Shown here one piece after another: positions 13,139-27,400 of a DNA stretch of 64,000 nt. The translations under genes and the position numbers were made by a program. Below the pieces are notes generated by a model. It worked only from the letters and a program-made list of their open reading frames with translations. It did no database searches and was not told the origin of the DNA. The stretch comes from the human T2T-CHM13v2.0 reference genome, Homo sapiens, in NCBI RefSeq assembly GCF_009914755.1, contig NC_060946.1. One strand, given 5' to 3'. Position 1 is the stretch's first letter; each line of letters starts with the position of its first letter.

Positions 13139-16100
13139 ATGAAATTACATCAAATTTATATTAGGTACATAAAATATGAAAGTACATCAAATATATATTA
13201 TATACTGTACATAAAATATCAAAGTACCCCAAATATATATTATATACTGTATATGAAATATCAAAGTTCACAAACTATATATTATATACTGTACATAAAA
13301 TATCAAAGTACCCAAGGTATATATTCTATACTGTACCAAAAATATCAAAGTACCCAAAGCATGTATTATATACTGTACATAAAATATGAAAGTACATCAA
13401 ATATATATTTTATTCTATACATAAAATATCAAAGTACACCAGATATATATTCTATACTGTACATAAAATATCAAAGAACCCAAACTATACATTATATACT
13501 GTACATAAAATATGAAATTACATCAAATATATATTATATTAGGTACATAAAATATGAAAGTACATCAAATATAGATTATATACTGTACATTAAATACCAA
13601 AGTACCCCAAATCTATATTTTATACTGTACATGAAATATCAAAGTTCACAAACTATATATTATATACTGTACATATAATATCAAAGTACCCAAAGTATAT
13701 ATTCTATACTGTACAAAAAATAACAAAGTACCAAAAGCATGTATTATATACTGTACCTAAAATATGAAAGTACATCAAATATATACTTTATTCTGTACAT
13801 AAAATATCAAAGTACACCAGATATATATTCTATAGTGTTCATAAAATATCAAAGTACCCAAACTATACATAATATACTGTACATAAAATATGAAATTACA
13901 TCAAATATATATTATATTAGGTACATAAAATATGAAAGTACATCAAATATAGATTATATACTGTACATAAAATATCAAAGTACCCCAAATATATATTATA
14001 TACTCTACAGGAAATATCAAAGTTCACACACTATATATTATATACTGTACATAAAATATCAAAATACCCAAGGTATATATTCTATACTGTACAAAAAATA
14101 TCAAAGTACCCAAAGAATGTATTATATACTGTATGTAAAATATGAAAGTACATCAAATATATATTTTATTCTGTACATAAAATATCAAAGTACACCAGAT
14201 ATATATTCTATAGTGTACATAAAATAACAAAGTACACAAACTATAAATTATATACTGTACATAAAATATGAAATTACATCAAATATATATTAGGTACATA
14301 AAATATGAAAGTACATCAAATATAGATTATATACTGTACATAAAATATCAAAGTACCCCAAATATATATTATATACTGTACATGAAATATCAAAGTTCAC
14401 AAACTATATATTATATACTGTACATAAAATATCAAAGTACCCAAGGTATATATTCTATACTGTACAAAAAATATCAAAGTACTCAAAGCACGTATTATAT
14501 ACTGTACATAAAATATGAAAGTACATCAAATATACATTTTATTCTGTACATAAAATATCAAAGTACACCAGATATATATTCTATAGTGTACATAAAATAT
14601 CAAAGTACCCAAACTATACATTATATACTGTACATAAAATATGAAATTACATCAAATTTATATTAGGTACATAAAATATGAAAGTACATCAAATATATAT
14701 TATATACTGTACATAAAATATCAAAGTACCCCAAATATATATTATATACTGTATATGAAATATCAAAGTTCACAAACTATATATTATATACTGTACATAA
14801 AATATCAAAGTACCCAAGGTATATATTCTATACTGTACCAAAAATATCAAAGTACCCAAAGCATGTATTATATACTGTACATAAAATATGAAAGTACATC
14901 AAATATATATTTTATTCTATACATAAGATATCAAAGTACACCAGATATATATTCTATAGTGTACATAAAATATCAAAGAGCCCAAACTATACATTATATA
15001 CTGTACATAAAATATGAAATTACATCAAATATATATTATATTAGGTACATAAAATATAAAAGTACATCAAATATAGATTATATACTGTACATTAAATACC
15101 AAAGTACCCCAAATCTATATTTTATACTGTACATGAAATATCAAAGTTCACAAACTATATATTATATACTGTACATATAATATCAAAGTACCCAAGGTAT
15201 ATATTCTATACTGTACAAAAAATAACAAAGTACCGAAAGCATGTATTATATACTGTACCTAAAATATGAAAGTACATCAAATATATATTTTATTCTGTAC
15301 ATAAAATATCAAAGTACACCAGATGTATATTCTATAGTGTACATAAAATATCAAAGTACCCAAACTATACATAATATACTGTACATAAAATATGAAATTA
15401 CATCAAATATATATTATATTAGGTACATAAAATATGAAAGTACATCAAATATAGATTATATACTGTACATAAAATATCAAAGTACCCCAAATATATAATA
15501 TATACTCTACAGGAAATATCAAAGTTCACACACTATATATTATATACTGTACATAAAATATCAAAAAACCCAAGGTATATATTCTATACTGTACAAAAAA
15601 TATCAAAGTACCCAAAGAATGTATTATATACTGTATGTAAAATATGAAAGTACATCAAATATATATTTTATTCTGTACATAAAATATCAAAGTACACCAG
15701 ATATATATTCTATAGTGTACATAAAATAACAAAGTACACAAACTATAAATTATATACTGTACATAAAATATGAAATTACATCAAATATATATTAGGTACA
15801 TAAAATATGAAAGTACATCAAATATAGATTATATACTGTACATAAAATATCAAAGTACCCCAAATATATATTATATACTGTACATGAAATATCAAAGTTC
15901 ACAAACTATATATTATATACTGTACATAAAATATCAAAGTACCCAAGGTATATATTCTATACTGTACAAAAAATATCAAAGTACTCAAAGCACGTATTAT
16001 ATACTGTACATAAAATATGAAAGTACATCAAATATATATTTTATTCTGTACATAAAATATCAAAGTACACCAGATATATATTCTATAGTGTACATAAAAT

Positions 16101-18821
16101 ATCAAAGTACCCAAACTATACATTATATACTGTACATAAAATATGAAATTACATCAAATTTATATTAGGTACATAAAATATGAAAGTACATCAAATATAT
16201 ATTATATACTGTACATAAAATATCAAAGTACCCCAAATATATATTATATACTGTATATGAAATATCAAAGTTCACAAACTATATATTATATACTGTACAT
16301 AAAATATCAAAGTACCCAAGGTATATATTCTATACTGTACCAAAAATATCAAAGTACCCAAAGCATGTATTATATACTGTACATAAAATATGAAAGTACA
16401 TCAAATATATATTTTATTCTATACATAAAATATCAAAGTACACCAGATATATATTCTATACTGTACATAAAATATCAAAGAACCCAAACTATACATTATA
16501 TACTGTACATAAAATATGAAATTACATCAAATATATATTATATTAGGTACATAAAATATGAAAGTACATCAAATATAGATTATATACTGTACATTAAATA
16601 CCAAAGTACCCCAAATCTATATTTTATACTGTACATGAAATATCAAAGTTCACAAACTATATATTATATACTGTACATATAATATCAAAGTACCCAAAGT
16701 ATATATTCTATACTGTACAAAAAATAACAAAGTACCAAAAGCATGTATTATATACTGTACCTAAAATATGAAAGTACATCAAATATATACTTTATTCTGT
16801 ACATAAAATATCAAAGTACACCAGATATATATTCTATAGTGTTCATAAAATATCAAAGTACCCAAACTATACATAATATACTGTACATAAAATATGAAAT
16901 TACATCAAATATATATTATATTAGGTACATAAAATATGAAAGTACATCAAATATAGATTATATACTGTACATAAAATATCAAAGTACCCCAAATATATAT
17001 TATATACTCTACAGGAAATATCAAAGTTCACACACTATATATTATATACTGTACATAAAATATCAAAATACCCAAGGTATATATTCTATACTGTACAAAA
17101 AATATCAAAGTACCCAAAGAATGTATTATATACTGTATGTAAAATATGAAAGTACATCAAATATATATTTTATTCTGTACATAAAATATCAAAGTACACC
17201 AGATATATATTCTATAGTGTACATAAAATAACAAAGTACACAAACTATAAATTATATACTGTACATAAAATATGAAATTACATCAAATATATATTAGGTA
17301 CATAAAATATGAAAGTACATCAAATATAGATTATATACTGTACATAAAATATCAAAGTACCCCAAATATATATTATATACTGTACATGAAATATCAAAGT
17401 TCACAAACTATATATTATATACTGTACATAAAATATCAAAGTACCCAAGGTATATATTCTATATTGTACAAAAAATATCAAAGTACTCAAAGCACGTATT
17501 ATATACTGTACATAAAATATGAAAGTACATCAAATATACATTTTATTCTGTACATAAAATATCAAAGTACACCAGATATATATTCTATAGTGTACATAAA
17601 ATATCAAAGTACCCAAACTATACATTATATACTGTACATAAAATATGAAATTACATCAAATTTATATTAGGTACATAAAATATGAAAGTACATCAAATAT
17701 ATATTATATACTGTACATAAAATATCAAAGTACCCCAAATATATATTATATACTGTATATGAAATATCAAAGTTCACAAACTATATATTATATACTGTAC
17801 ATAAAATATCAAAGTACCCAAGGTATATATTCTATACTGTACCAAAAATATCAAAGTACCCAAAGCATGTATTATATACTGTACATAAAATATGAAAGTA
17901 CATCAAATATATATTTTATTCTATACATAAGATATCAAAGTACACCAGATATATATTCTATAGTGTACATAAAATATCAAAGAGCCCAAACTATACATTA
18001 TATACTGTACATAAAATATGAAATTACATCAAATATATATTATATTAGGTACATAAAATATAAAAGTACATCAAATATAGATTATATACTGTACATTAAA
18101 TACCAAAGTACCCCAAATCTATATTTTATACTGTACATGAAATATCAAAGTTCACAAACTATATATTATATACTGTACATATAATATCAAAGTACCCAAG
18201 GTATATATTCTATACTGTACAAAAAATAACAAAGTACCGAAAGCATGTATTATATACTGTACCTAAAATATGAAAGTACATCAAATATATATTTTATTCT
18301 GTACATAAAATATCAAAGTACACCAGATGTATATTCTATAGTGTACATAAAATATCAAAGTACCCAAACTATACATAATATACTGTACATAAAATATGAA
18401 ATTACATCAAATATATATTATATTAGGTACATAAAATATGAAAGTACATCAAATATAGATTATATACTGTACATAAAATATCAAAGTACCCCAAATATAT
18501 AATATATACTCTACAGGAAATATCAAAGTTCACACACTATATATTATATACTGTACATAAAATATCAAAAAACCCAAGGTATATATTCTATACTGTACAA
18601 AAAATATCAAAGTACCCAAAGAATGTATTATATACTGTATGTAAAATATGAAAGTACATCAAATATATATTTTATTCTGTACATAAAATATCAAAGTACA
18701 CCAGATATATATTCTATAGTGTACATAAAATAACAAAGTACACAAACTATAAATTATATACTGTACATAAAATATGAAATTACATCAAATATATATTAGG
18801 TACATAAAATATGAAAGTACA
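12914..18821. repeat. Near-perfect tandem duplication with 3004-bp period (2 x 1502)
   Basis: ORF pairs 13139/16143, 13739/16743, 14268/17272, 14641/17645 and 15241/18245 are identical. Private variants ACATAAGATA, AAAGAGCCC, TACCGAAAGC, AGATGTATAT and CAAAAAACC occur only in these two copies. Confidence 0.92.
13512..13889. repeat. Representative full-length (L) 378-bp 9-mer higher-order repeat (~170 HOR copies of both types in window)
   Basis: Nine distinguishable monomers recur in fixed order, visible in the ORF track as 14-aa blocks ESTSNIDY / QSTPNIY / QSSQTIY / QSTQGIYS / QSTQSMY / ESTSNIYF / QSTPDIYS / QSTQTIH / EITSNIYYIR. The landmark ATGAAATTACATC is at 13512, 13890 and 14268 (378 spacing). 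Confidence 0.97.
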
Positions 18822-21404
18822 TGAAATATAGATTATATACTGTACATAAAATATCAAAGTACCCCAAATATATATTATATACTGTACATGAAATATCAAA
18901 GTTCACAAACTATATATTATATACTGTACATAAAATATCAAAGTACCCAAGGTATATATTCTATACTGTACAAAAAATATCAAAGTACTCAAAGCACGTA
19001 TTATATACTGTACATAAAATATGAAAGTACATCAAATATATATTTTATTCTGTGCATAAAATATCAAAGTACACCAGATATATATTCTATAGTGTACATA
19101 AAATATCAAAGTACCCAAACTATACATTATATACTGTACATAAAATATGAAATTACATCAAATTTATATTAGGTACATAAAATATGAAAGTACATCAAAT
19201 ATAGATTATATACTGTACATAAAATATCAAAGTACCCCAAATATATATTATATACTGTATATGAAATATCAAAGTTCACAAACTATATATTATATACTAT
19301 ACATAAAATATCAAAGTACCCAAGGTATATATTCTATACTGTACAAAAAATATCAAAGTACCCAAAGCATGTATTATATACTGTACATAAAATATGAAAG
19401 TACATCAAATATATATTTTATTCTATACATAAAATATCAAAGTACACCAGATATATATTCTATACTGTACATAAAATATCAAAGAACCCAAACTATACAT
19501 TATATACTGTACATAAAATATGAAATTACATCAAATATATATTATATTAGGTACATAAAATATGAAAGTACATCAAATATAGATTATATACTGTACATTA
19601 AATACCAAAGTACCCCAAATCTATATTTTATACTGTACATGAAATATCAAAGTTCACAAACTATATATTATATACTGTACATATAATATCAAAGTACCCA
19701 AGGTATATATTCTATACTGTACAAAAAATAACAAAGTACCAAAAGCATGTATTATATACTGTACCTAAAATATGAAAGTACATCAAATATATACTTTATT
19801 CTGTACATAAAATATCAAAGTACACCAGATATATATTCTATAGTGTACATAAAATATCAAAGTACCCAAACTATACATTATATACTGTACATAAAATATG
19901 AAATTACATGAAATATATAGTATATTAAGTACATAAAATATGAAAGTACATCAAATATAGATTATATACTGTACATAAAATATCAAAGTACCCCAAATAT
20001 ATATTATATACTCTACAGGAAATATCAAAGTTCACACACTATATATTATATACTGTACATAAAATATCAAAATACCCAAGGTATATATTCTATACTGTAC
20101 AAAAAATATCAAAGTACCCAAAGCATGTATTATATACTGTATGTAAAATATGAAAGTACATCAAATATATATTTTATTCTCTACATAAAATATCAAAGTA
20201 CACCAGATATATATTCTATAGTGTACATAAAATAACAAAGTACACAAACTATAAATTATATACTGTACATAAAATATGAAATTACATCAAATACATATTA
20301 GGTACATAAAATATGAAAGTACATCAAATATAGATTATATACTGTACATTAAATACCAAAGTACCCCAAATCTATATTTTATACTGTACATGAAATATCA
20401 AAGTTCACAAACTGTATATTATATACTGTACATAAAATATCAAAGTACCCAAGGTATATATTCTATACTGTACAAAAAATATCAAAGTACCCAAAGCATG
20501 TATTATAAACTGTACATAAAATATGAAAGTACATCAAATATATATTTTATTCTCTACATAAAATATCAAAGTACACCAGATATATATTCCATAGTGTACA
20601 TAAAATATAAAAGTACCCAAACTATACATTATATACTGTACATAAAATATGAAATTACTTCAAATATATATTATATTAGGTTCATAAAATATGAAAGTAC
20701 ATCAAATATAGATTATATACTGTACATTAAATACCCAAGTACCCCAAATATATATTTTATACTGTACATGAAATATCAAATTTCACAAACTATATATTAT
20801 ATACTGTACATAAAATATCAAAGTACCCAAGGTATATATTCTATACTGTACAAAAAATATCAAAGTACCCAAAGCATGTATTATAAACTGTACATAAAAT
20901 ATAAAAGTACATCAAATATATATTTTATTCTGTACATAAAATATCAAAGTACACCAGATATATATTCCATAGTGTACATAAAATATCAAAGTACCCAAAC
21001 TATACATTATATACTGTACATAAAATATGAAATTACATCAAATATATATTATATTAGGTTCATAAAATATGAAAGTACATCAAATATAGATTATATACTG
21101 TACATTAAATACCAAAGCACCCCAAATATATATTTTATACTGTACATGAAATATCAAAGTTCACAAACTATATATTATATACTGTACATAAAATATCAAA
21201 GTACCCAAGGTATATATTCTATACTGTACAAAAAATATCAAAGTACCCAAAGCACGTATTATATACTGTACATAAAATATGAAAGTACATCAAATATATA
21301 TTTTATTCTGTACATAAAATATCAAAGTACACCAGATATATATTCTATAGTGTACATAAAATATCAAAGTACCCAAACTATACATTATATACTGTACATA
21401 AAAT

Positions 21405-24400
21405 ATGAAATTACATCAAATTTATATTAGGTACATAAAATATGAAAGTACATCAAATATAGATTATATACTGTACATAAAATATCAAAGTACCCCAAAT
21501 ATATATTATATACTGTATATGAAATATCAAAGTTCACAAACTATATATTATATACTGTACATAAAATATCGAAGTACCCAAGGTATATATTCTATACTGT
21601 ACAAAAAATATCAAAGTACCCAAAGCATGTATTATATACTGTACATAAAATATGAAAGTACATCAAATATATATTTTATTCTGTACATAAAATATCTAAG
21701 TACACCAGATATATATTCTATAGTGTACATAAAATATCAAAGAACCCAAACTATACATTATATACTGTACATAAAATATGAAATTACATCAAATATATAT
21801 TATATTAGGTACATAAAATATGAAAGTACATCAAATATAGATTATATACTGTACATAAAATACCAAAGTACCCCAAATATATATTATATACTCTACATGA
21901 AATATGAAAGTTCACAAACCATATATTATATACTGTACATAAAATATCAAACTACCCAAGGTATATATTCTATACTGTTCAAAAAATATCAAAGTACCCA
22001 AAGCATGTATTATATACTGTATATAAAATATGAAAATACATTAAATATATATTTTATTCTGTACATGAAATATCAAAGTACACCAGATATATATTCTATA
22101 GTGTACATACAATAATTAAGTACACAAACTATAAATTACATACTGTACGTAAAATATGAAATTACATCAAATATATATTAGGTACATAAAATATGAAAGT
22201 ACATCAAATATAGATTATATACTGTACATATAATATCAATGTACCCCAAATATATATTTTATACTCTACATGAAATATCAAAGTTCACAAACCATACATT
22301 ATATACTGTATATAAAATATCAAAGGACCCAAGGTATATATTCTATACTGTACAAAAAATATCAAAGTACCCAAAGCATGTATTATATACTGTACATAAA
22401 ATATGAAAGTACATCAAATATATATTTTATTCTGTACATAAAATATCAAAGTACACCAGATATATATTCTATAGTGTACATAAAATATCAAAGTACCCAA
22501 ACTATACATTATATACTGTACATAAAATATGAAATTACATCAAATATATATTATATTAAGTACATAAAATATGAAAGTACATCAAATATAGATTATATAC
22601 TGTACATAAAATATCAAAGTACCCCAAATATATATTATATACTCAAGATTAAATATCAAAGTTCACAAACTCTATATTATATACTGTACATAAAATATCA
22701 AAGTACCCAAGGTATATATTCTATACTGTACAAACAATATCAAAGTATCCAAAGCATGTATTATATACTGTATATAAAATATGAAAGTAAATTAAATATA
22801 TATTTTATTCTGTACATAAAATATCAAAGTACACCAGATATATATTCTATAGTGTACATAAAATAACAAATTACACAAAGTATAAATTATATACTGTACA
22901 TAAAATATGAAATTACATCAAATATATATTAGGTACATAAAATATGAAAGTACATCAAATATAGATTATATACTGTACATATAATATCAATGTACCCCAA
23001 ATATATATTTTATACTCTACATGAAATATCAAAGTTCAGAAACCATATATTATATACTGTACATAAAATATCAAAGTACACAAGGTATATATTCTATACT
23101 GTACAAAAAATATCAAAGTACCCAAAGCATGTATTATATACTGTACATAAAATATGAAAGTACATCAAATATATATTTTATTCTGTACATAAAATATCAA
23201 AGTACACCAGATATATATTCTATAGTGTACATAAAATATCAAAGTACCCAAACTATACATTATATACTGTACATAAAATATGAGATTACATCAAATATAT
23301 ATTATATTAGGTACATAAAATATGAAAGCACATCAAATATAGATTATATACTGTACATTAAATACCAAAGTACCCCAAATATATATTTTATACTGTACAT
23401 CAAATATCAAAGTTCACAAACTATATATTATATAGTGTACATAAAATATCAAAGTACCCAAGGTATATATTCTATACTGTACAAAAAATATAAAAGTACC
23501 CAAAGCATGTATTATATACTGTACATAAAATTTGAAAGTACATCAAATATATATTTTATTCTGTACATAAAATATCAAAGTACACCAGATATATATTCTA
23601 TAGTGTACATAAAATAACAAAGTACACAAACTATAAATTATATACTGTACATAAAATATGAAATTACATCAAATATATATTAGGTACGTAAAATATGAAA
23701 GTATATCAAATATATATTATATACTGTACATATAATATCAATGTACCCCAAATATATATTTTATACTCTACATGAAATATCAAAGTTCACAAACCATATA
23801 TTATATACTGTACATAAAATAGCAAAGTACCCAAGGTATATATTCTATACTGTACAAAAAATATCAAAGTACCCAAAGCATGTATTATATACTGTACATA
23901 AAATATGAAATTACATCAAATATATATTTTATTCTGTACATAAAATATCAAAGTACACCAGATATATATTCTATAGTGTACATAAAATATCAAAGTACCC
24001 AAACTATACATTATATACTATACATAAAATATGAAATTACATCAAATATATATTATATTAGGTACATAAAATATGAAAGCACATCAAATATAGATTATAT
24101 ACTGTACATTAAATACCAAAGTACCCCAAATATATATTTTATACTGTACATCAAATATCAAAGTTCACAAACTATATATTATATACTGTACATAAAATAT
24201 CAAAGTGCCCAAGGTATATATTCTATACTGTACAAAAAATATCAAAGTATCCAAAGCACGTATGATATACTGTATATAAAATATGAAAGTACATTAAATA
24301 TATATTTTATTCTGTACATAAAATATCAAAGTACACCAGATATATATTCTATAGTGTACATAAAATAACAAAGTACACAAACTATAAATTATATACTGTA

Positions 24401-24408
24401 CATAAAAT
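21405..24408. repeat. 751-bp (S-L) period segment, four relatively diverged copies
   Basis: S units at 21405, 22156, 22907, 23658 and 24409 (751 spacing = 373+378). Confidence 0.85.
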
Positions 24409-27400
24409 ATGAAATTACATCAAATATATATTAGGTACATAAAATATGAAAGTACATCAAATATAGATTATATACTGTACATATAATATCAATGTACCCC
24501 AAATATATATTTTATACTCTACATGAAATATCAAAGTTCACAAACCATATATTTTATACTGTACATAAAATATCAAAGTACCCAAGGTATATATTCTATA
24601 CTGTACAAAAAATATCAAAGTACCCAAAGCATGTATTATATACTGTACATAAAATACGGAAGTACATCAAATATATATTTTATTCTGTACATAAAATATC
24701 AAAGTACACCAGATATATATTCTATAGTGTACATAAAATATCAAAGTACCCAAACTATACATTATATATTGTACATAAAATATGAAATTACATCAAATAT
24801 ATATTATATTAGGTACATAAAATATGAAAGCACATCAAATATAGATTATATACTGTACATTAAATACCAAAGTACCCCAAATATATATTTTACACTGTAC
24901 ATCAAATATCAAAGTTCACAAACTATATATTATATACTGTACATAAAATATCAAAGTACCCATGGTATATATTCTATACTGTACAAAAAATATCAAAGTA
25001 CCCAAAGCATGTATTATATACTGTACATAAAATATGAAAGTACATCAAATATATATTTTATTCTGTACATAAAACATCAAAGTACACCAGATATATATTC
25101 TATAGTGTACATAAAATATCAAAGTACCCAAACTATACATTATATACTGTACATAAAATATGAAATTATATCAAATATATATTATATTAGGTACATAAAA
25201 TATGAAAGTACATCAAATATAGATTATATACTGTACAAAAAATATCAAAGTACCCCAAATATATATTATATACTCTACATGAAATATCAAAGTTCACAAA
25301 CTATATATTATATACTGTACATAAAATATCAAAGTACCCAAGGTATATATTCTATACTGTACAAAAAATAGCAAAGTATCCAAAGCATGTATTATATACT
25401 GTATATAAAATATGAAAGTACATTAAATATATATTTTATTCTGTACAAAAAATATCAAAGTACACCAGATATATATTCTATAGTGTACATAAAATATCAA
25501 AGTACACAAACTATAAATTATATACTGTACATAAAATATGAAATTACATCAAATATATATTAGGTACATAAAATATGAAAGTACATCAAATATAGATTAT
25601 ATACTGTACATAAAATATCAATGTACCCCAAATTTATATTTTATACTCTACAAGAAATATCAAAGTTCACAAACTATATATTATATACTGTACATAAAAT
25701 ATCAAAGTACCCAAGGTATATATTCTATACTGTACAAAAAATATCAAAGTACCCAAAGCATGTATTATATACTGTACATAAAATATGAAAGTACATCAAA
25801 TATATCTTTTATTCTGTACATAAAATATCAAAGTACACCAGATATATATTCTATAGTGTACATAAAATATCAAAGTACCCAAACTATACATTATATACTG
25901 TACATAAAATAGGAGATTACATCAAATATATATTATATTAGCTACATAAAATATGAAAGTACATCAGATATAGATTTTATACTGTACATAAAATATCAAA
26001 TTACCCCAAATATATATTATATACTCTACATGAAATATCAAAGTTCACAAACTATATCTTATATACTGTACATAAAATATCAAAGTACTCAAGGTATATA
26101 TTCTATACTGTACAAAAAATATCAAAGTACCCAAAGCATGTATTATATACTGTATATAAAATATGAAATTACATCAAATATATATTTTATTCTGTACATA
26201 AAATATCAAAGTACACCAGATATGTATTCTATAGTGTACATAAAATAACAAAGTACACAAACTATAAATTATATACTGTACGTAAAATATGAAATTACAT
26301 CAAATATATATTAGGTACATAAAATATGAAAGGACATCAAATATAGATTATATACTGTACATATAATATCAATGTACCCCAAATATATATTTTATACTCT
26401 ACATGAAATATCAAAGTTCAAAAACCATACATTATATACTGTACATAAAATATCAAAGTACCCAAGGTATATATTCTATACTGTACAAAAAATATCAAAG
26501 TACCCATAGCATGTATTATATAGTGTACATAAAATATGAAAGTACATCAAATATATATTTTATTCTGTACATAATATATCAAAGTACACCATATATATAT
26601 TCTATAGTGTACATAAAATATCAAAGTACCCAAACTATACATTATATACTGTACATAAAATATGAAATTACATCAAATATATATTAGGTACATAAAATAT
26701 GAAAGTATATCAAATATAGATTTTATACTGTACATATAATATCAATGTACCCCAAATATATATTTTACACTCTACATGAAATATCAAAGTTCACAAACCA
26801 TATATTATATACTGTACATAAAATATCAAAGTACCCAAGGTATATATTCTACACTGTGCAAAAAATATCAAAGTACCCAAAGCATGTATTATATACTGTA
26901 CATAAAATATGAAAGTACGTCAAATATATATTTTATTCTGTACATAAAATATCAAAGTACACCAGATATATATTCTATAGTGTACATAAAATATCAAAGT
27001 ACCCAAACTATACATTATATACTGTAGATAAAATATTAAATTACATCAAATATATATTATATTAGGTACATAAAATATGAAAGCACATCAAATATAGATT
27101 ATATACTGTACATTAAATACCAAAGTACCCCAAATATATATTTTATACTGTACATCAAATATCAAAGTTCACAAACTATATATTATATACTGTACATAAA
27201 ATATCAAAGTACCCATGGTATATATTCTATACTGTACAAAAAATATCAAAGTACCCAAAGCATGTATTATATACTGTACATAAAATATGAAAGTACATCA
27301 AATATATATTTTATTCTGTACATAAAACATCAAAGTACACCAGATATATATTCTATAGTGTACATAAAATATCAAAGTACCCAAACTATACATTATATAC

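Larger units (their letters stand above)
9007..20275. repeat. 1502-bp super-repeat domain (L-L-S-S, about 7.5 copies)
   Basis: First S unit of each pair is at 9763, 11265, 12766, 14268, 15770, 17272, 18774, 20276 (1502 spacing, one 1501 from a 1-bp deletion at ~11712). Position-specific markers TACAGGAAAT/CACACT, AAAATACCC, AGAATGT and CAAATCTAT recur once per period. Confidence 0.93.
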
